A stretch of 32,000 nt of DNA, taken from assembly GCA_028698185.1 (NCBI GenBank), contig JAQVDW010000001.1:120001-152000 (forward strand). Direction: 5' to 3'. The notes beneath the pieces were generated by a model that saw only the letters and a list, made by a program, of their open reading frames with translations, did not search any database and was not told the DNA's origin. The DNA comes from Erysipelotrichaceae bacterium. GTDB lineage: Bacteria; Bacillota_I; Bacilli_A; Erysipelotrichales; Coprobacillaceae. The position numbers and the translations under genes were made by a program. Positions 25,240 to 32,000 of this stretch are shown here, one piece after another (position 1 is the stretch's first letter; the number at the start of each line of letters is the position of its first letter).

Positions 25240-26241
25240 TTATTTTGTAGAATTTCGTTTTATCAAAAGATTTTTGACGATAATCGCATTGCTTTCAACT
25301 TCCTCGTTGTTGAGGAATTTTGTGAGCAGCCGCACCGCCAAAGCACCCATGTCATATACCGGGACATTGAGCGAAGTCAAAGTCGGCCGGGCGATGATCG
25401 AGTAAGACGAATTGAACATTGCCACCACTTCGGTTTGTTCAGGAACTTTGATATTCATGTCATCGAGAGCGTTGACGATCGCCACACCATCCTTGTCGTA
25501 ACCACAAAGGATGACTTCGTGCGATTTGGTCTTGAAATACTCGACGAACTGTTCGTAATTGTTTTCATACTCGGTTGAGCAATATACGCTGTTTTCGGCG
25601 TTGAATTCCAGACCTGCAGCCTGGTAGGCCTCATTGATCCCTTCCATAATCTCGTCATTGTTGACAAGGTTCTGTTGGGGATGGACATAAAGGATGTCTT
25701 TTTTACCTTTTTCAAGATAACTGCTGACAATCTCCTTGGCAGCCGACTTGACGTCGATCGAAACCGAACCGATCTTTTCATCATCGATTTTCTTGCCAAT
25801 GACAACCGTAGGCAGATGGTATTTTTCCAAGGCCTTGAGGGTCTTGTCGATTCTTTCGTTGTTGAAAAGAATAACACCATCAACACGTGATTTGACAACG
25901 CGTTCCACGACAGACTTGATTGTGTTTTCATCACCAAGGTCGTCGGTAGTGAACATGTTGATATTGTATTCAAGATGGCGTCCGGTATCCCCGATGCCGC
26001 CGATCATGTCTTTGACATTGGCGAAGAGCGATTGGGGGAACAGGATGGCGATTGTCGTTGTCTTGCTTGTCGCCAGTCCGCGGGCGACTTCATTTGGTTT
26101 GAAATCGAGTTTCTCGATTACCGCAAGGACTTTTTGTTTGGTCTTTTCACGCACAACTGGGGAATTGTTGATAACCCGTGATACCGTCGCTAGCGAAACC
26201 CCAGCTTCCCGTGCGACATCATAAATTGTAATTTTTTTCAT
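25240..26241 (-). CDS. ccpA: LacI-family transcriptional regulator, probable catabolite control protein A
   Basis: 333 aa. N-terminal HTH ITIYDVAREAGVSLATVSRV, PNEVARGLA, periplasmic-binding-protein fold, C-terminal YDMGALAVRLLTK. These ends resemble my recollection of B. subtilis CcpA. The position after murC-ytxG-ytxH and near tyrS fits Bacillus synteny. Confidence 0.6.
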   Translation of the reverse strand: MKKITIYDVAREAGVSLATVSRVINNSPVVREKTKQKVLAVIEKLDFKPNEVARGLATSKTTTIAILFPQSLFANVKDMIGGIGDTGRHLEYNINMFTTDDLGDENTIKSVVERVVKSRVDGVILFNNERIDKTLKALEKYHLPTVVIGKKIDDEKIGSVSIDVKSAAKEIVSSYLEKGKKDILYVHPQQNLVNNDEIMEGINEAYQAAGLEFNAENSVYCSTEYENNYEQFVEYFKTKSHEVILCGYDKDGVAIVNALDDMNIKVPEQTEVVAMFNSSYSIIARPTLTSLNVPVYDMGALAVRLLTKFLNNEEVESNAIIVKNLLIKRNSTK

Positions 26242-26242
26242 T

Positions 26243-26734
26243 TTAGTCTCTTAAATCTTTTAAATCAACTCTTAATTCTTTAGATTCATCTTTCATTTCT
26301 TCGATATTTTCGCTGATTTCTTCTTGAACATCAGCTGCAGCTTCACTCACATCTTCCATCGCATCCTGGAACTCTTCGTCAAGGTCAAGGTCCGAAACGG
26401 TTTCCTTGACACTTTGGACTTTTGCAGTCACGGTGTCCTTGATGACGTTGTATTGTGAAGATGAGGTTACTTTTTCTTTAACTTCCTGATATTTGTCTTC
26501 AGCCTTTTGTTTGGCTTCATCATAGTCGAATTCGTCAATTGATCTTTTGACGTTGGCCACGGTGTCGTTTACCGCTTTGGAAACGTCTTCCTTGGTCAGG
26601 TTTTTAGCGGCATCCGAATATTCTTTGGCATATTTCTTGATGTCTTCTACTGTTTCTTTTCCTTTTTTAGGTGCCAGCAACAGCCCAGCCACCGTACCTA
26701 AAACTGCCCCGAAAATTAACTGATTCAATTTCAT
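26243..26734 (-). CDS. YtxH-domain protein (general-stress-like; N-terminal TM helix plus acidic coiled coil)
   Basis: 163 aa. GAVLGTVAGLLLAPKKGKET matches the YtxH signature. AGGAG RBS. Confidence 0.7.
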   Translation of the reverse strand: MKLNQLIFGAVLGTVAGLLLAPKKGKETVEDIKKYAKEYSDAAKNLTKEDVSKAVNDTVANVKRSIDEFDYDEAKQKAEDKYQEVKEKVTSSSQYNVIKDTVTAKVQSVKETVSDLDLDEEFQDAMEDVSEAAADVQEEISENIEEMKDESKELRVDLKDLRD

Positions 26735-26746
26735 AATGTGATCTCC

Positions 26747-27055
26747 TTATTTTTTTTGTTTTTTCCTTGATTTGATGATGCTTGATGCTGTCTTGGCTAC
26801 GATATCGCTGTGTCTGACAGCCGAACGGTTGAATAAGCGATTAATAGTTTCCAATGGCGCGTTAAGCAAATCCAGTTTGTAGTCGATGTCGTCAAGGATC
26901 TTATTAACCCGGTCAATTGTTTCTGGCAAAGTCGCCACTATGTTATTCAATGACTGAATCAAAGCCGAGCTTCGCAGGAACACCAGGCCAAGGGCCATGA
27001 TTGCAAAAGCTCCCGAAAGAATCAGCACACTGAAACATACGTCCATTACACTCAT
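26747..27055 (-). CDS. DUF948/YtxG-like small membrane-anchored protein
   Basis: 102 aa. One N-terminal TM helix, then a helical region. Lies between murC and the YtxH gene, as ytxG does in Bacillus. GAGGTGA RBS. Confidence 0.6.
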   Translation of the reverse strand: MSVMDVCFSVLILSGAFAIMALGLVFLRSSALIQSLNNIVATLPETIDRVNKILDDIDYKLDLLNAPLETINRLFNRSAVRHSDIVAKTASSIIKSRKKQKK

Positions 27056-27076
27056 TATATCACCTCTCTTAAGAAT

Positions 27077-27105
27077 ATTTTATCACATTTTAGGGCAATA
27101 TTGTA
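27077..27105 (-). promoter_or_regulatory. Possible internal promoter: weak -35 TACAAT, 17-nt spacer, TGTGa-extended -10 TAAAAT
   Basis: Minus strand: TACAAT attgccctaaaatgtga TAAAAT, within the 51-nt murC/DUF948 gap. No terminator is visible in that gap. Confidence 0.3.
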
Positions 27106-27106
27106 G

Positions 27107-28411
27107 TTATTTTTTTAATTCAATCACTTTATCTTTCAATTTGTAGATGTCTTTGGAAGACATGAACAAAAATACGACATTTTCGTATTTGGCCAGCTCC
27201 TTGGCTCCGGTTTCGTCAGCCTCGATGACTGTGGCATTTTTGGCCAGATTGGCGATATCAAAGATGTCGATATCGATCCCCTCTTCTTTCTTGGCGTTGT
27301 CTGGAAACGGTACGAAATAAGGATAATCGCACTTCTCCATGGCGGCGGCAAATTCGTTTTTGAACTCGGCCCCGCGCGAGAAACGGTCCGGCTGGAAGAT
27401 TCCGACGATTTTTTTGCCCGGATAACGCGCTCTTGTCGCGTCAATCACGAAATTGATGGCAGTGGGATGATGGGCATAGTCGTCGACATAGACGTTGTCG
27501 CCGATTTCCTGGACGCTGTAGCGTCGCTTTGTCCCCTTGAAAGTCGCCAGCTTGTCTTGCAGGTAAGCCCCGTCCATGTTTTCAAGATAACCCAAGGCGA
27601 TTATCGCCAGGGAATTGTAAAGCATATGGTTGCCATAGAAAGGCAGGTTGAAATGGCCAAAAAGTTCGCCGTGGATCACCACATCGAAGTGGATCCCGTC
27701 GCTTGACTGGATGACGTTTTTAGCCACAACGTCATTATGAGGCTCCAGGCCAAAACGCAGTACATGACTGGTGATATTGAGTTTTTTGATGTTCTTGTCA
27801 TCGCCCCAAACAATAACCGTGTCCTTGACCTGGTTGGCAAATTTCTCGAACGATTTGATGTAGTTTTCGAGATTCCCGAAGTAATCGACATGGTCAAGTT
27901 CGATATTGTTGATGATCGCATATTTTGGGAAATATGACAGGAAATGGTCCTGATATTCGCAAGATTCCACTATGAAATACTTGCTGTTTTTAAGACCATG
28001 TCCGACTCCGTCCCCGATCAGCACCGAAGTCTTGTCAAAGTCCTTGAAAACGTGGTAGGCCATTCCGGTTGTCGTTGTCTTGCCATGGGTTCCGGCAACC
28101 GAGATTGTCTGGTAGTTTTCCATGAATTTCCCCAAGAAGGTAAAATAACGGTCGTAGGTGACATTGGGATTTGACATCACAGCCTGAACTTCCACATTCG
28201 ACTCGTCAAAAGCATTGCCGATGATCACGTGATAGCCATCCTTGATGTTATCCTTGTCAAACGAATAGACCGGAATATTGCGCAGCGCCAACTGGTCCTG
28301 GGTGAAGATATACTTGTCGATGTCGCTTCCGGCAACATCGTGGCCTAAATCATGCATGATGCAGGCCAGCGGGCCCATTCCCGATCCTTTGATTCCGATA
28401 AAATAATCCAT
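27107..28411 (-). CDS. murC: UDP-N-acetylmuramate--L-alanine ligase
   Basis: 434 aa. GIKGSGMGPLA N-terminal Rossmann motif and GTHGKTTTT P-loop. AGGAGA RBS. Confidence 0.95.
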   Translation of the reverse strand: MDYFIGIKGSGMGPLACIMHDLGHDVAGSDIDKYIFTQDQLALRNIPVYSFDKDNIKDGYHVIIGNAFDESNVEVQAVMSNPNVTYDRYFTFLGKFMENYQTISVAGTHGKTTTTGMAYHVFKDFDKTSVLIGDGVGHGLKNSKYFIVESCEYQDHFLSYFPKYAIINNIELDHVDYFGNLENYIKSFEKFANQVKDTVIVWGDDKNIKKLNITSHVLRFGLEPHNDVVAKNVIQSSDGIHFDVVIHGELFGHFNLPFYGNHMLYNSLAIIALGYLENMDGAYLQDKLATFKGTKRRYSVQEIGDNVYVDDYAHHPTAINFVIDATRARYPGKKIVGIFQPDRFSRGAEFKNEFAAAMEKCDYPYFVPFPDNAKKEEGIDIDIFDIANLAKNATVIEADETGAKELAKYENVVFLFMSSKDIYKLKDKVIELKK

Positions 28412-28412
28412 T

Positions 28413-29495
28413 TTATTTCTCCTTTAAGATAATCAGATCTTTGTTAAATTCATTCAAAGAAACAGCCCCCTGTTCACTTACCAGAACAAGATCCTCGATC
28501 CGGATGCCAACCTCACCCTTGAGATACACCCCCGGTTCGATCGAGAAAATCATTCCCGGTCTTACCGGCATATCGAAATTGCTGGAAACATCACCATATT
28601 CGTGGACTTCACGACCGATAAAATGGCCGAGGCGATGGTTGAAATACGTGCCATAACCTTCGCTGGCGATGTAATCACGCGCAGTGGCATCGATGTCTTT
28701 TAGCGCCACTCCCGGTTTGATCATGGCGATCGCTTTTTCATTGGCTTTTTTGACAATCGAATAGAGCTTCTCATGTTCAGGGGAAACCTCCTGATAGAAG
28801 AAGGTGCGGGTCATGTCGGAACAATATCCCTGGTAGGTGCAGCCGATATCGACGATCACACTGTTGCCTGGGAGCAATCTTGTCCCGTCGAGTTCGTGAT
28901 GAGGGTTGGCCCCGTTCTTGCCAAAGGCGATGATCGGCTCGAAGCTAAAATCATCCGCTCCCAGTTCAAGATAGATGTGTTTCAATTTATCCCTTAGCTC
29001 GATTTCACTGAAAACCCCTTTGGCGATCTCGTCCTTGATCAACTCCATGGCCCGGTCGTTGATCAAGGAAGCCTGCTGCATCTTGGTGATTTCACTTTCA
29101 TCTTTGACCATGCGGACCTCGTCGACACAGGCCGAACCCAAGGTGAAATAAATGTGGTCGAAAACAGCCTGGAGTTCCAACAGGAAGCGAGCTTCAAGTT
29201 TCTTGTCGACTCCCAACCGTTCAATCCCTTTTAAAGCCGGCGAGATTGCCTGGGCGATGGAATCGGTGTCACTGTACCAGATCAGGGAACAGTCGAGCTT
29301 TTCATCGAGGAAGAACAGATTGTTCAACACCAAGGTGAGTTCCCCGGTTTTGGTGACCACCAGACCGAAAAATCTTTCACCAGGACGGTTGCAATAGCCC
29401 ACCAGATAATCGATTGTATGATAATCCGTAATCAAGATCGCATCAAGCTGGCTCTTGATGATCCGCTGTACAACCTGGTCTATCCGGCTATTCAT
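28413..29495 (-). CDS. M24-family Xaa-Pro aminopeptidase/dipeptidase
   Basis: Metal-ligand contexts VDIGCTYQGYCSDMTRT, HRLGHFIG, FSIEPG, IRIEDLV. The ORF-track start at 29498 is TTG. I prefer the adjacent ATG at 29493-29495, embedded in the aspS end ATGAATAG. Confidence 0.88.
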   Translation of the reverse strand: MNSRIDQVVQRIIKSQLDAILITDYHTIDYLVGYCNRPGERFFGLVVTKTGELTLVLNNLFFLDEKLDCSLIWYSDTDSIAQAISPALKGIERLGVDKKLEARFLLELQAVFDHIYFTLGSACVDEVRMVKDESEITKMQQASLINDRAMELIKDEIAKGVFSEIELRDKLKHIYLELGADDFSFEPIIAFGKNGANPHHELDGTRLLPGNSVIVDIGCTYQGYCSDMTRTFFYQEVSPEHEKLYSIVKKANEKAIAMIKPGVALKDIDATARDYIASEGYGTYFNHRLGHFIGREVHEYGDVSSNFDMPVRPGMIFSIEPGVYLKGEVGIRIEDLVLVSEQGAVSLNEFNKDLIILKEK

Positions 29496-31236
29496 CAAAG
29501 TCGACCTTTATGCCCAATTCTTCAAGCTGGCTTTCGCCTACCGGTTGAGGAGCCTGGGTCATCGGACATTTGCTTGCCGCATTTTTCGGGAACGCGATAA
29601 CGTCACGGATCGACTGCGAGTTGGTCAAAAGCATCGCCAGACGGTCAAGTCCAAGGGCGAATCCCCCATGAGGTGGCGTACCGAACTTCAACGCTTCGAC
29701 AAACCAGCCAAACTGGCTTTGGATCTGTTCAGGGGTGAACCCCAGAGCCGCGAACGCCTTTTCTTGAAGCTGCTGTTCAAAGATCCGCTGCGAACCGCCA
29801 CCCAGTTCATAACCGTTCAAGACGATGTCATACGCGTCTGACAGGCAGTTGTCCTTGTCGTTTAACAGCTTGTCTTCATGCCCATTGAGCGGTCTGGTAA
29901 AAGGATGATGTTTGGCGTAATAGCGGTTGGTTTCCTCGTCGTACTCGAACATCGGAAAATCAACCACCCAGGTGAAGGCGAACTCATTAGGGTCATAGAG
30001 TTCCAGTTCCTTGGCAAGCCTGTTGCGCAAGTTACCCAAAGAATCGCAAACTATATCATAGCTGTCCGCCGCGAACAGGATAAGGTCGTTTTCCTGCCCG
30101 GCCATTGCTGCCATGATCTTCGCAAGCTTGTCCTCGGTGAAGAATTTGGCGATTGGCCCGGTAAGCTTGCTGTTTTCCACCTTCAGGTAAGCCAGACCTT
30201 TGGCCTTGTAAGTCTTGACAAAATCGGTCAGCTGGTCGATTTTCTTGCGGGAGAAATCCTTGGCCACGTTTTTGACATTCATGGCTTTGACACATCCGCC
30301 GTTTTCCAAGGCCGACTCAAAAACCTTGAACTCGACGTCCTTGACCATTTCGCTTAAATCAACGAGTTTCATATCAAATCGGATATCCGGCTTGTCGACC
30401 CCGTAGTTTTCCATGGCTTCGTGGTAAGTCATCCGGCCGATTGGCAACTTGATGTCGATGCCTTTGACATCCTTCATAACCTTGGCAATCAATCCTTCGC
30501 CAACGGCCATGATCTGATCGGTCGACATGAATGACATCTCGACGTCGACCTGGGTGAATTCCAACTGGCGGTCAGCCCGCAAATCCTCGTCACGGAAGCA
30601 TCTTGCAATCTGGTAATAACGTTCAAATCCCGAGACCATCAAAAGCTGCTTGAAAAGCTGTGGCGATTGAGGCAAGGCATAGAATGAACCGTTGTGGACC
30701 CTTGAAGGAACCAAGAAGTCCCGCGCCCCTTCAGGAGTTGAGAGATTCAAATATGGTGTTTCGATGTCGATGAAATCCATATTGTCCAGATAATCCCGGA
30801 TCGAACGGGTTATCTTGTGCCGGGTGATCAGCTTTTGTTGCATGACTGGACGCCGCAAGTCAAGATACCGGTATTGAAGACGCAACTCTTCCAGGGCGTC
30901 AGTATTGTCGGCGATGATCATCGGGGTCAGGTTGGCTTCATTGATGACATTGAGCTCATGAGCCTCGATTTCGATTTCTCCGGTAGCCATATTGGGATTT
31001 TTCGATTCCCGTTCGATGACTTTTCCCTTGACCGAAATGATGTATTCGTTTTTTACTTCGCGTAAAATCTCGTCGAAGGCTTCCCCAAACACGATCTGGG
31101 TCACCCCGTGCCGGTCACGCAGGTCCAAAAACGCCAGCGATCCCAGGTTACGTTTTTTTCCGACCCAGCCGATCAGTTCGACTTCTTCATTTATATTGGC
31201 GATAGTCAACTCGCCGTTGTTATGTGTTCTATTCAT
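29488..31236 (-). CDS. aspS: Aspartate--tRNA ligase
   Basis: ORF trimmed to the ATG at 31234-31236 (MNRTHNNGELT...), embedded in the hisS end cATCATGAATAG. Class II motifs FRDEDLRADRQ, GGGSQRI, GLDRL. Confidence 0.95.
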   Translation of the reverse strand: MNRTHNNGELTIANINEEVELIGWVGKKRNLGSLAFLDLRDRHGVTQIVFGEAFDEILREVKNEYIISVKGKVIERESKNPNMATGEIEIEAHELNVINEANLTPMIIADNTDALEELRLQYRYLDLRRPVMQQKLITRHKITRSIRDYLDNMDFIDIETPYLNLSTPEGARDFLVPSRVHNGSFYALPQSPQLFKQLLMVSGFERYYQIARCFRDEDLRADRQLEFTQVDVEMSFMSTDQIMAVGEGLIAKVMKDVKGIDIKLPIGRMTYHEAMENYGVDKPDIRFDMKLVDLSEMVKDVEFKVFESALENGGCVKAMNVKNVAKDFSRKKIDQLTDFVKTYKAKGLAYLKVENSKLTGPIAKFFTEDKLAKIMAAMAGQENDLILFAADSYDIVCDSLGNLRNRLAKELELYDPNEFAFTWVVDFPMFEYDEETNRYYAKHHPFTRPLNGHEDKLLNDKDNCLSDAYDIVLNGYELGGGSQRIFEQQLQEKAFAALGFTPEQIQSQFGWFVEALKFGTPPHGGFALGLDRLAMLLTNSQSIRDVIAFPKNAASKCPMTQAPQPVGESQLEELGIKVDFDE

Positions 31237-32000
31237 GATGATGCTCCCCCGCTGCAATTTCATTTTCCAAATATTTGACAATGTCACCCAGGTCGACTTC
31301 GCTTTGTTGCTTGGTCGCATTGTTTTTCACAATCACGACTTCCTTGGCCAATTCGCTTTCTCCCAGAATCAAAGCGAATTTCGCGTTAAAACGGTCAACC
31401 GACTTGAACTGGCCTTTCATCGAGCGTTGTTGGTAATCAAGATCGGTCTTGAATCCGTTGGCCCGCAGCATCGCCGCGATCTGCACTGCCAGATCCAGAG
31501 CCGCCTCACCTAAAGGCATGACATAGACATCCAGACCGTCATCATCGCCCAGCTCGTCACCGATGGCGATCATCATCCGTTCCAGACCGAACGCGAAACC
31601 GACTCCGGCACTGTCCTGTCCGCCAAGTTCACCGATAAGACCGTTGTAGCGGCCTCCGCCTCCCAGCGTGGCCCCGTTGCCAAGACGGGGATCGTCGGAG
31701 ATGATTTCAAACACGGTATGGTTGTAGTAATCCAGACCGCGAACCAGAGAAGGATCGACTACATATTCGATTTCCAAATCATCCAGCAAGGCACAGACCT
31801 TGTCGAAATGGGCTTTGGCCCCGTCGGTCAAATAATCGATCGTTCTTGGTGCGTTGGCCATTACCGGATGGGACTTGTCAACCTTGCAGTCGAGAATCCG
31901 CAACGGATTTGTCGCATAGCGGTTCTGGCAGTCGCTGCAAAGCTCGTTTAATGACGGCTCGAAGTGGGCCATCAACACTTCCTTGTAGTTCTGGCGGCTT
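31229..32000 (-). CDS. hisS: Histidine--tRNA ligase, C-terminal part; the gene runs off the right edge
   Basis: Motif 3 GGGGRYNGL and a C-terminal anticodon-binding domain. The frame stays open to position 32000 (...SRQNYKEVLMAHFEP). The ORF-track M at 31978 is an internal GTG codon. Confidence 0.93.
   Translation of the reverse strand, partial: SRQNYKEVLMAHFEPSLNELCSDCQNRYATNPLRILDCKVDKSHPVMANAPRTIDYLTDGAKAHFDKVCALLDDLEIEYVVDPSLVRGLDYYNHTVFEIISDDPRLGNGATLGGGGRYNGLIGELGGQDSAGVGFAFGLERMMIAIGDELGDDDGLDVYVMPLGEAALDLAVQIAAMLRANGFKTDLDYQQRSMKGQFKSVDRFNAKFALILGESELAKEVVIVKNNATKQQSEVDLGDIVKYLENEIAAGEHHHE

Noticed and set aside
1-32000. CRISPR arrays, transposases, integrases, prophage genes, tRNA or rRNA genes, toxin-antitoxin or defence islands
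   Set aside because: I found no repeat-spacer periodicity, no terminal inverted repeats and no ORF with such motifs. Every ORF over 100 aa that is not a shadow frame is a housekeeping or metabolic gene, and the intergenic space is fully explained by promoters and terminators.

Overview
The window is a densely packed, almost entirely minus-strand block of core housekeeping genes from a low-GC Gram-positive anaerobe. Gene content and order are Bacilli- or Erysipelotrichia-like; this taxon guess is low confidence. I see no CRISPR array, transposase, integrase, phage gene, toxin-antitoxin pair or recognisable defence system, and I do not think the window holds a clear new multi-gene system. Transcription runs right to left. 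Reading in that direction the genes are: hisS (partial), aspS, an M24 Xaa-Pro peptidase and murC; then a DUF948/YtxG-like gene, a YtxH-like gene, a ccpA-like LacI regulator and tyrS. ttcA-like is the only plus-strand gene. Next is an apparent five-gene operon truB, ribF, ezrA, cysteine desulfurase, thiI. After it comes a five-gene [FeFe] hydrogenase locus (NuoE-like, HK-like ATPase, Cys-less thioredoxin-like protein, NuoF-like, HydA) and then ackA. nrnA follows, translationally coupled to an unassignable 553-aa membrane protein. The last block is an OmpR-type response regulator and histidine kinase running straight into smc, ftsY, ylxM and ffh, followed by the start of rpsP. Several ORF-track ORFs carry spurious N-terminal extensions, which I trimmed using RBS and overlap context. 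Intergenic regions show sigma-A promoters with TRTGn extended -10 elements and clear rho-independent terminators. Items worth a second look: (1) HydA has TSCSPGW where the H-cluster motif is normally TSCCPxW. (2) The accessory proteins inside the hydrogenase operon look degenerate. (3) A perfect palindrome resembling a Rex box overlaps the hydrogenase promoter. (4) The nrnA/membrane-protein pair is translationally coupled. (5) The two-component-system and truB promoters share about 50 bp of sequence. (6) The ffh terminator and rpsP promoter overlap and contain a 13-nt direct repeat. (7) tyrS has a hairpin instead of a T-box leader. (8) Five gene junctions use an 8-nt overlap.
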